Below are positions 1 to 6,640 of a stretch of 34,443 bases of DNA, piece after piece; within the stretch, counting starts at the first letter, position 1, and the number at the start of each line of letters is the position of its first letter. Under the pieces are notes generated by a model, which had not been told where the DNA came from, made no database searches, and saw only the letters and a program-made list of their open reading frames with translations. The stretch covers positions 1 through 34,443 of IMG/VR virus record IMGVR_UViG_3300016265_000376. One strand, given 5' to 3'. The stretch comes from a virus. Lineage: Duplodnaviria; Caudoviricetes. The position numbers were made by a program, and so were the translations under genes.

Positions 1-457
1 TGGAAGTATTCTAGATATTCAAAACGCTTCTGGAACAACTACATATCTTAGGGTAGCCAATACTACAGGCAACGTGTTAATCAACACCACTACAGATGCT
101 GGGTATAAACTTTATGTTAATGGAGTTATTAGATCTACATCTGATGTTGTCGCTGAACTAAATCTTAAATCTAATTACCAAGCAGGTGATGAAGGAGGTG
201 AGATAACCTTGAATAAACCTGCCACAGGGACTGTTATTGATACTAGCGTTACCATTGATGTATATCAGAATAAGCTGAGAATCTTTGAATCAGGCGGACT
301 GAATAGGGGTGGTTACTTTGATATTAGTGGATTATCAAATGGAGTAGGAACTAATTTTTCTCCAACTGGTTATACGGGTATATTAAATATTATGGGTAAT
401 CCTCCAGGTCAACAAAACGTACACATTAACAATGGTATAATTACAAGTATAGATTAA
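1..457 (+). CDS. Tail-fibre-like protein, C-terminal part (gene begins left of the window)
   Basis: The frame is open from base 2 (GSILDIQNASGTTTYLRVANTTGNVLINTTTDAGYKLYVNG...), so the ORF-track start at 74 is internal. The GNVLINTTTDAGYKLxVNG segment and G/N/T-rich beta character resemble Bacteroidota phage fibre repeats. TAA at 455-457. Confidence 0.65.
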   Translation, partial: GSILDIQNASGTTTYLRVANTTGNVLINTTTDAGYKLYVNGVIRSTSDVVAELNLKSNYQAGDEGGEITLNKPATGTVIDTSVTIDVYQNKLRIFESGGLNRGGYFDISGLSNGVGTNFSPTGYTGILNIMGNPPGQQNVHINNGIITSID

Positions 458-461
458 TGTT

Positions 462-493
462 ACTTGACATTTTAATGTTAGATATTATATTTG
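462..493 (+). promoter_or_regulatory. Bacteroidota housekeeping-sigma-type promoter (-33/-7)
   Basis: ACTTG (462-466), a 19 nt spacer, then TATATTTG (486-493) matching the TAnnTTTG consensus. The same architecture occurs at 8844-8875 and 15342-15373. Confidence 0.7.
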
Positions 494-497
494 AATT

Positions 498-788
498 ATG
501 ATTAAGATACAAGATGTAGTAGTACCAACGAAGGGAACTGCTAAGTACTTTAACTTATTGGCTTTGAACTTTAGCCCTAATCCTTCTTCTGTTACCTTCT
601 ACTGGTCTATTCTATCAGAGGTAGAGAATACAGACGAAGCTGGAGTTGTAACTTACTCTAGTGGCTCAACACTACTTGATGGTAACATTACTATGGATCA
701 AGCTACTTATGATAACTGGGGTACTAGTGATGACTATGTAATTGATTGGGCTTTAGGAGAACTAAACTTTACTAAAGTAACCGAGTAA
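498..788 (+). CDS. Small acidic fibre-associated hypothetical protein (96 aa)
   Basis: Clean ORF right after the fibre gene. The C-terminal YxxWGxxDxYVIxW pattern resembles small proteins found next to fibre genes (recalled, not searched). Confidence 0.7.
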   Translation: MIKIQDVVVPTKGTAKYFNLLALNFSPNPSSVTFYWSILSEVENTDEAGVVTYSSGSTLLDGNITMDQATYDNWGTSDDYVIDWALGELNFTKVTE

Positions 789-811
789 AAAAAAAATAAA
801 AACCAACCTAT

Positions 812-1084
812 ATGTCTTCTAAAAAATTAGATTTAAACAAAGCTATCAAGGATCTTGATGGTAAAGAAATTGAAGGTTCTAACCTTGGTAAACTTGTAGC
901 TCAAATGCTTATCACTGCAACTAAAGGTGATGCTTTGAAATACATGTCTTGGGCACTTAAACTGCACGCAGGTGAAGGTTTAGAGTTAGACCCTAGCGAT
1001 AAAGAGACTTTAAAGAACTTTATCAAAGATCATGAGCAACTTACTATTCTTTCTAAAGCACAAATGTTAGAGTGCTTTGCCTAA
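812..1084 (+). CDS. Hypothetical phage protein (90 aa)
   Basis: ATG preceded by an A-rich leader, normal amino-acid composition, followed by a terminator. Confidence 0.8.
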   Translation: MSSKKLDLNKAIKDLDGKEIEGSNLGKLVAQMLITATKGDALKYMSWALKLHAGEGLELDPSDKETLKNFIKDHEQLTILSKAQMLECFA

Positions 1085-1116
1085 GACATTGCGCCATCAT
1101 TCTTAGGTCGTTGCTC

Positions 1117-1144
1117 AACCCCTCTTCGGAGGGGTTTTTTATTT
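1117..1144 (+). terminator. Rho-independent terminator
   Basis: Stem AACCCCTC / GAGGGGTT with a C(UUCG)G tetraloop, followed by TTTTATTT. It lies at the convergence of the + and - strand gene blocks. Confidence 0.9.
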
Positions 1145-1146
1145 GA

Positions 1147-1425
1147 CTATTTATTAATCTTTAGAATCTTAGGCTCTTCTAGGTAATCTGTAAAGATTAC
1201 TTCTAGTCCTTCTATACAAAGAACTTTTATATCTAAGAGTATACTATCTCCTGTATCCTCTGTTATCTTAAACATTTCTTTTAATAAACTGACATATTGT
1301 TCCTTGGTAAGGAGGATAGCGTTTGGGTAATTACCCCTTGTCCGTACTTTCTGATTTTCTAATCCCTCTTTCTCTGACTCCAAGAAGTACTCGTGAATCT
1401 TTGTTTGGATTTCGTGAAGTTTCAT
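1147..1425 (-). CDS. Hypothetical protein (92 aa)
   Basis: Last ORF of the - strand block, 10 nt after the nuclease stop, ending in TAG. No recognisable motif. Confidence 0.7.
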   Translation of the reverse strand: MKLHEIQTKIHEYFLESEKEGLENQKVRTRGNYPNAILLTKEQYVSLLKEMFKITEDTGDSILLDIKVLCIEGLEVIFTDYLEEPKILKINK

Positions 1426-1435
1426 AATAGTGCTT

Positions 1436-2014
1436 TTATAGCACCTGAAACTTCTTAAAATCTGTAGTTAGAGGTGCTTCGTTTGCAAAGTAATACACTT
1501 CTTTTTTATTTCCAAACTTTATAGTTTTATAAAAAGCTGTTGGTATTGTTGCACCTGTTGGTAACTTAGCAGCTTTAGGGCCATAAATAACTCTTATCTC
1601 TACTTCTACTTTGGTAGTTTTAGCTAGTTCTCTCTCGTATGCTTCTAGTAATCTCCATGCACCTCTGTTTAGTTTTTCGTGTTGTAGAATACAATTTAAA
1701 TAAGAGAATGTCTGCCATAATGTTTCTCTTGTGCAGTTAAAGTCTGCTGCTGGAGCACAATGTCCTTTGTCCCACACATTATTCTCATAGTCTTTATGGT
1801 CAGAAGTTTTAATACTGTCCACTATATAGAAATCCATTCCTTTCCGTGGATAACTTCCATTAGGGCATTGTACTGTATACCATACTCTTTTAGGTTGTTG
1901 CAATACTTCAGAGTATACGCAAGAATAGATGGGAGTTTTTACAAGAATACTATCTCTTTGGGCTTGTAGCGAAAGAGTAAGTACAAAAAATAAAGATAAT
2001 ATGTAGTTTTTCAT
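1436..2014 (-). CDS. Secreted DNA/RNA non-specific endonuclease (NucA/Serratia-type His-Me family)
   Basis: WDKGHCAPAADF (DRGH-type active site), TFSYLNCILQHEKLNRGAWRLLE (N...Q...N...W..LE) and IPTAFYK. N-terminal signal peptide MKNYILSLFFVLTLSLQA|Q. Confidence 0.9.
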   Translation of the reverse strand: MKNYILSLFFVLTLSLQAQRDSILVKTPIYSCVYSEVLQQPKRVWYTVQCPNGSYPRKGMDFYIVDSIKTSDHKDYENNVWDKGHCAPAADFNCTRETLWQTFSYLNCILQHEKLNRGAWRLLEAYERELAKTTKVEVEIRVIYGPKAAKLPTGATIPTAFYKTIKFGNKKEVYYFANEAPLTTDFKKFQVL

Positions 2015-2016
2015 AG

Positions 2017-2166
2017 TTATAAATCAATACGTTCTTTTTTAGCAAAGTGCTGGTCAAAGAAAAAACTAAGACCAAAGGCACAGATTATAATCATAGCGGC
2101 ATTAAAGAAACATACAATATATATTTCTGCTCCTTTTGCCCACTCTTGTATAGATAGTAGTGTCAT
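2017..2166 (-). CDS. 49 aa single-pass membrane micro-protein (absent from the ORF track)
   Basis: MTLLSIQEWAKGAEIYIVCFFNAAMIIICAFGLSFFFDQHFAKKERIDL*. Its ATG overlaps the upstream stop (TAATG at 2164-2168) and its stop is 2 nt before the nuclease ATG, filling the gap exactly. Confidence 0.75.
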   Translation of the reverse strand: MTLLSIQEWAKGAEIYIVCFFNAAMIIICAFGLSFFFDQHFAKKERIDL

Positions 2167-2717
2167 TACTTTTGTTTTGAGTCTGTTATATGCTTTACTC
2201 CCATAATTGTACCTATGATAGAGAAGCAGTTAGTTAGAATTATACCAAACATATTACTCCAAGTGCTCTCTATAATTTTAGAGTCTAGTCCTTTACTAAG
2301 AACATATATATAAAGAACAGTTGTAAATATACATACGGCAGCTACAGCACCTAATGCAACCTTAACAATTAACCCAATCAGTTCAAATTGGGTTTTCTTT
2401 TGTAAAGTTTCTAAGTCATCTACTGCAACTGCTCTTAACTTTTCTGATTCGTCAAGAGCTTGCTTTAATTCAATCATAAGTTTTTCTTTCTCAGATTGAC
2501 TTTCAATTAACTCTTTGTTTTGTTGCTGTACCTGTTTTGTAACTTCTAATCGTTTTCTTCTAGTTTCTTGATCTTTTAGTCTGGCTTCTTCTAAATATTT
2601 TTCAAACTCCTCATTATTGGTTTTTATTACCTTTAATAAGTTTCCCTCTAGTGCAACTTTTTTAGACTTGTACAGAGCGATTAAGTTAGACTCAATATCT
2701 TTACCAAAGACTATCAC
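2166..2717 (-). CDS. Membrane protein: N-terminal coiled coil plus two C-terminal TM helices (183 aa)
   Basis: E/K/Q-rich heptad region, then hydrophobic segments LIGLIVKVALGAVAAVCIFTTVLYIYVL and MFGIILTNCFSIIGTIMGV. The GTG start overlaps the response-regulator stop (GTGA). Confidence 0.8.
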   Translation of the reverse strand: MIVFGKDIESNLIALYKSKKVALEGNLLKVIKTNNEEFEKYLEEARLKDQETRRKRLEVTKQVQQQNKELIESQSEKEKLMIELKQALDESEKLRAVAVDDLETLQKKTQFELIGLIVKVALGAVAAVCIFTTVLYIYVLSKGLDSKIIESTWSNMFGIILTNCFSIIGTIMGVKHITDSKQK

Positions 2718-3151
2718 TTATAAACTTTAAAAGGAGCGGTCTTATCTTTATAGCCATCGTAGTCTTTACGGAAAGCTTCTAGTCTGGGTTCAATCTCATC
2801 ACTCTTGATAATCCAAAACTGAGCACCCACTGCTTTAGCTTTTTCAATCTCTTGTTTATCGTCGGAAGAAGAAATAATACCAATAACTACTCCATTGCCA
2901 TAATCAAAGTTAATTTTACGAATCAACTCAATGCCGTCAAAAGAAGAACCAATAATGTTTAAGTCAACAAAAACACATTCTGGTCTTTCATCTATAGGTC
3001 CTTCTACAAACCACTTTTTAAAAAGCTTATCAGCTTCATCGGAAGATGTTAAACTTTGTAAACTTAAAGTAATGTCTAAAAGACTGCAAGAGTCTTCAAA
3101 CACTAGGTGGAATAAGTCTTCGTCATCAACTAGTAGTATTGAGTCTATCAT
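2714..3151 (-). CDS. Single-domain response regulator (CheY-like receiver)
   Basis: ILLVDDE acidic pocket, phospho-acceptor Asp63 (CVFVDLN), DGIEL, beta4 ISSS, GA..WIIK (Lys116). No output domain. ATGA overlap with the kinase stop. Confidence 0.92.
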   Translation of the reverse strand: MIDSILLVDDEDLFHLVFEDSCSLLDITLSLQSLTSSDEADKLFKKWFVEGPIDERPECVFVDLNIIGSSFDGIELIRKINFDYGNGVVIGIISSSDDKQEIEKAKAVGAQFWIIKSDEIEPRLEAFRKDYDGYKDKTAPFKVYK

Positions 3152-4350
3152 TTTATTTTTATCTTAAGTTTTGTTCCTGTTTCTGGTTCTTTAATCTTTT
3201 CAGCAGTTACTTCAAACTTATGTTCTTCCATAATTGCCATACATATATTTAATCCAAGACCTGTTCCTGTTTCTTTCTGTCCTTCTTTTCTTTTGTAGGG
3301 CTTAGACCATTGTATTAAATCTTCTTGAGACATTCCTCTACCATTGTCTTGTATAATTAAATAATCCCCCTCCGCAAAGATATGTACTAATTTAGTACTA
3401 GAATCGTTGTACTTGAGTCCATTTCTTATAAGGTTATCTACAGCTGTACAAAACAAAGACTCATTTACTTCTAGTTCAGGTAACTCATCAATAACAACTT
3501 GCTTTTCGTAAGATGTACTGGATAAGTAATCATGTAATATATCTCTAAGATTATAAAGTTTTAGTTCTAAGTGTGCATCTTGTTTTACTAAGTTGGTAAA
3601 CTCTTTTACACCTTTATAAACTTTCTGTGTGTGAATAAGACCTTCTTCAATCATTCTTATAGGAGAATCTATTTTCAAGTCTTTAATTTGCTCTTCAGAT
3701 AATCTGCGTTTTAACGAACTCAATCCTCGTGGGATATATGTGTTGATGCCTGAGTGCATATCGTGTCTAAGAATCTTTGCAGCATGTTCTAGATAGGAAT
3801 TCTTTTTTGATACTTCAGCCTCAATTCTTTTTTTCTCAGTAATTTCAGTTGCAATCAATAAGATTTTATAGACTTCACCATATGGATCTTTGATAGGGTT
3901 ATAGTTACCATAAAGCCAAATTCCATTACAATCATACTCACCTTGTTTAAAATAACCTATTCTAAGATGTGACCAAAACTCTTGCCACTCTCTTATCGGA
4001 GAATCGTCTAAATCTCTATGATTATTAACTACTCCAAATAACTGATGAAATTTACTATTAGCTTTTAATATACTTCCATCAATATTAAACTCCACAAGAA
4101 TGTTTGAGTGATTAATAGCATTAAATGTAGCATCTATACTTTGAAATTTATACCTTGCTTTTCGGACAAACTCTATACAACTAAAGAAAAAGAAAGGTAA
4201 GAAAGTTACAACTAACCAAAACTCTAAAACTTCTCTACTATACTCTGGTGAATTATATTTAAGTACAACAGTAGATTTGATATACAAGAAAGCAAGCATA
4301 AGAGTACTTGCTATTATTGTACTTACTTGTGCTCTTGTACTTAGTTTCAT
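3148..4350 (-). CDS. Membrane sensor histidine kinase (2 TM, PAS, DHp, HATPase_c)
   Basis: Two N-terminal TM segments; PAS/PAC motifs (VEFNIDGSILKANSKF ... FWSHL ... WLYGNYNPIKDPYGEVYKILLIATEITEKK); H-box ILRHDM; N-box DNLIRNGLKY; G1 QDNGRGM; G2 GTGLGL. Confidence 0.93.
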   Translation of the reverse strand: MKLSTRAQVSTIIASTLMLAFLYIKSTVVLKYNSPEYSREVLEFWLVVTFLPFFFFSCIEFVRKARYKFQSIDATFNAINHSNILVEFNIDGSILKANSKFHQLFGVVNNHRDLDDSPIREWQEFWSHLRIGYFKQGEYDCNGIWLYGNYNPIKDPYGEVYKILLIATEITEKKRIEAEVSKKNSYLEHAAKILRHDMHSGINTYIPRGLSSLKRRLSEEQIKDLKIDSPIRMIEEGLIHTQKVYKGVKEFTNLVKQDAHLELKLYNLRDILHDYLSSTSYEKQVVIDELPELEVNESLFCTAVDNLIRNGLKYNDSSTKLVHIFAEGDYLIIQDNGRGMSQEDLIQWSKPYKRKEGQKETGTGLGLNICMAIMEEHKFEVTAEKIKEPETGTKLKIKIK

Positions 4351-4361
4351 AAAAAGATATA

Positions 4362-4712
4362 TTAGAATATAAATCCAAGTACAGCTAAGACAGCCATACC
4401 TATAAATCCGTAGCGATATATTTTAAGCTCGGATTCTTTTATCGCTAAATCACGATTAAGCTTAGTCACTTCATCCTTAGACTTCTTTATCATATTCTCA
4501 TAGTTAGGAACTATAGAATCTTTATAGATATCTAGTTGAAGACTGTCTACTCTTATAATCTCTTTTAGAACAACTACTCTTTCTCTAGCTTTAATACCTT
4601 TGAGAAATTCATTATTCAACTCCTTTAGAGGTAAGCTGTCTAGAGATTGTGAGTAAGAGCTTTGTGCCGTCAATGTCAGGCATAGTATCAATAGCCACTT
4701 GTATCGTATCAT
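4362..4712 (-). CDS. Exported coiled-coil protein with C-terminal membrane anchor; possible non-canonical spanin component
   Basis: Likely start is the ATG at 4712 (MIRYKWLLILCLTLTAQSSYS|Q, signal peptide), followed by a coiled coil and a C-terminal hydrophobic stretch YGFIGMAVLAVLGFIF. Overlaps the upstream gene by 101 nt in another frame. Confidence 0.6.
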   Translation of the reverse strand: MIRYKWLLILCLTLTAQSSYSQSLDSLPLKELNNEFLKGIKARERVVVLKEIIRVDSLQLDIYKDSIVPNYENMIKKSKDEVTKLNRDLAIKESELKIYRYGFIGMAVLAVLGFIF

Positions 4713-4932
4713 ATTTAAGATTGATTTGTTCATAGAGTCTATACTGGTCATGCTTAACTGTACTTAAAGAATCTATCTTGTTAAACATAATTTCGTTACG
4801 CTTATTCATAGAGTCTAAGTATGCCATAAATTTTTCCTCATCGTGGCTTACAGGAAAGACATAGCGTTCCCAAAGTAAGAAGCTCACAACTAAAAGCAAT
4901 ATGCCTATTACGGCTACGGTTAACTTATTCAT
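4612..4932 (-). CDS. Type II membrane protein, i-spanin-like (106 aa)
   Basis: N-terminal TM (LTVAVIGILLLVVSFLLW) plus a helical soluble region. Directly after the holin and overlapping the next gene in Rz/Rz1 fashion. Confidence 0.55.
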   Translation of the reverse strand: MNKLTVAVIGILLLVVSFLLWERYVFPVSHDEEKFMAYLDSMNKRNEIMFNKIDSLSTVKHDQYRLYEQINLKYDTIQVAIDTMPDIDGTKLLLTISRQLTSKGVE

Positions 4933-5335
4933 TTATCTTATGTTGATCTATTTTACTTAAGATTACTTGTAGTAACTCGTTCTTTATAAGTCCTGCTCTA
5001 GCTGCATTCTTCAATGCACTGATTAGTTGAAAGAGAATAAAAGGTGCACAGATAGTCTCACTTAACCAGAAAGTACCTTCAAAGCCTTTCTCAATCATTA
5101 AGATACCTGTAAGCATAAATACCCACACCATTAAAGTTTTAAGTACGCTAAGAGCTTTGTGTGTTTTAAAACCTTCCATCTTAGTACCTGCCCATACCCC
5201 AAAGAACCCATCAATAAATACTACAGCAACTACAGCTAAGTATTGCTCTACATTGTCTGCTCCTAGATTAAGAAAGTAAGTTCCTAAGAAAGCTATTAGA
5301 GTTGTACCTGAGTATAGTAGTGCTGATGTTTTCAT
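4925..5335 (-). CDS. Holin (Phage_holin_4_1-like)
   Basis: 136 aa with 3-4 hydrophobic helices. FIDGFFGVWAG matches the D..TG motif and QLISALKNAARAG matches the E..S..EN...G motif. Charged C-terminus. Confidence 0.75.
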   Translation of the reverse strand: MKTSALLYSGTTLIAFLGTYFLNLGADNVEQYLAVVAVVFIDGFFGVWAGTKMEGFKTHKALSVLKTLMVWVFMLTGILMIEKGFEGTFWLSETICAPFILFQLISALKNAARAGLIKNELLQVILSKIDQHKINE

Positions 5336-5583
5336 TAGTTATCAAAAGGATTTGGTGGTGTTACAACTTCAAACTCACTCGGAGTTCCAAGAACTGGCGT
5401 GAGCGATTCATCAAAAACAATATACCAAAATTGTGGGGTGTTTAGTTCTGCAAACTGATAATCCACCCAATTTTGCGTTACACTATCAGGAGTTATAGGG
5501 ATACCGTAGTAAGCATCACACGCCTCACGGGCATTAATTGCATCTTGTTCGCTGTTGTATTGATAGCCGTTAATAAATGCCAT
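5335..5583 (-). CDS. Small acidic protein with Pro-rich C-terminus (82 aa)
   Basis: Overlaps the stop of the upstream gene and the holin start (TAATG). Acidic and aromatic, ending VVTPPNPFDN. Confidence 0.7.
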   Translation of the reverse strand: MAFINGYQYNSEQDAINAREACDAYYGIPITPDSVTQNWVDYQFAELNTPQFWYIVFDESLTPVLGTPSEFEVVTPPNPFDN

Positions 5584-6397
5584 AGTATGTGTTTATGTTA
5601 GTATTGATTGCAGAAATATTTGATGATACACCGCTATATCGTATAAATTCTTGATGGTACACATTTGATGGCGCACCCCCACCATAATCTTGACCAAAAA
5701 TTAAACCTATAAACGGATTATAACTACCACTATTTCCACCTGCTTGATAAACATTATTTTTATACATTTGAGAGTTTGCACCATTTCTAACATTTGTTGC
5801 TAATTGTTGATTAAGAGTACCTACATATCCATTTACAATGGCAGAATCGTAAATAATAATGAACCCATTACTTTTTTGATAACCAAAATAACCACGATTC
5901 GTTTCTGTGGATGCACCATCATAGAAAGTTTGATAATTTTCAGTCGTAGAAAAACTATCAACTTTATATGCATAAAAATCACTTACAGGCGAATTTATAT
6001 TTGGTTGCGATGCGTTTAATAAGCGTTTATTTAGTGAAAAAATTGCGGGTTTTCCATTGACAAGTAAAACGCTACCACTACTAACAATTTGTGGTTGATT
6101 TGATGCGGTTGTTTGAGTTACATTAATGCCATTTCCACTTTGATCATACCAAGTTGTAACAAAGCCATTACCCGCACCACAAAAGGAAGTCAAAGAAGTC
6201 GTGTCAAGGTTCCCATCACTAAATCCAATATCCTGCTCAGTGTTATCGCTTGACCTACGCACACGAATTGCCGAACCTGTGTAGGCAGTACGCAATTTAC
6301 GAACGGAATACGCAGCGGCGGCTGATGGGTACAGGTCAAGCAGAAGGCTAGGCGCCAGTGTTGTGACTGAGATGGTATTAGAGTATCCTGTTAGCAT
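5570..6397 (-). CDS. Lectin-like beta-sandwich virion protein (alpha-L-arabinofuranosidase B/GH54-like N-terminus, ConA-like fold)
   Basis: AAAYSVRKLRTAYTGSAIRVRRSSDNTEQDIG...FCGAGNGFVTTWYDQSGNG resembles the N-terminal signature of the GH54 catalytic fold. TAATG-coupled start. Confidence 0.65.
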   Translation of the reverse strand: MLTGYSNTISVTTLAPSLLLDLYPSAAAAYSVRKLRTAYTGSAIRVRRSSDNTEQDIGFSDGNLDTTSLTSFCGAGNGFVTTWYDQSGNGINVTQTTASNQPQIVSSGSVLLVNGKPAIFSLNKRLLNASQPNINSPVSDFYAYKVDSFSTTENYQTFYDGASTETNRGYFGYQKSNGFIIIYDSAIVNGYVGTLNQQLATNVRNGANSQMYKNNVYQAGGNSGSYNPFIGLIFGQDYGGGAPSNVYHQEFIRYSGVSSNISAINTNINTYYGIY

Positions 6398-6627
6398 TAT
6401 TCAGTAGGGGGAAATGGTGGTGGTGGAGGCGGAACATACTCGCCTTCGGGCAAATCTAAAATCCATGCCCACTCGGTTGTGGCAACTACTTGTTTGTCCT
6501 CGTCCGAGAGGAATAAAAACCATGTACCATTAATATCAGCCACACAATTAAAAAACTGAAATTCGCTGTAATACTGACCTTGTACTTGGTCTTTTTCTGA
6601 GTCCGAAAGAATATATCCTATTGACAT
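6397..6627 (-). CDS. Small acidic protein with poly-proline tail (76 aa)
   Basis: Clean ORF between two fibre-like genes, ending LPEGEYVPPPPPPFPPTE. Confidence 0.75.
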   Translation of the reverse strand: MSIGYILSDSEKDQVQGQYYSEFQFFNCVADINGTWFLFLSDEDKQVVATTEWAWILDLPEGEYVPPPPPPFPPTE

Positions 6628-6640
6628 AATTTGTTATTTA

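Noticed and set aside
787-802. Poly-A run as a phase-variation tract
   Set aside because: It is intergenic and consistent with the A-rich translation-initiation regions of Bacteroidota; nothing indicates switching.
1760-6019. + strand ORFs 1760-1969, 2931-3167 and 5804-6019
   Set aside because: They lie opposite well-supported - strand genes and have no independent support.
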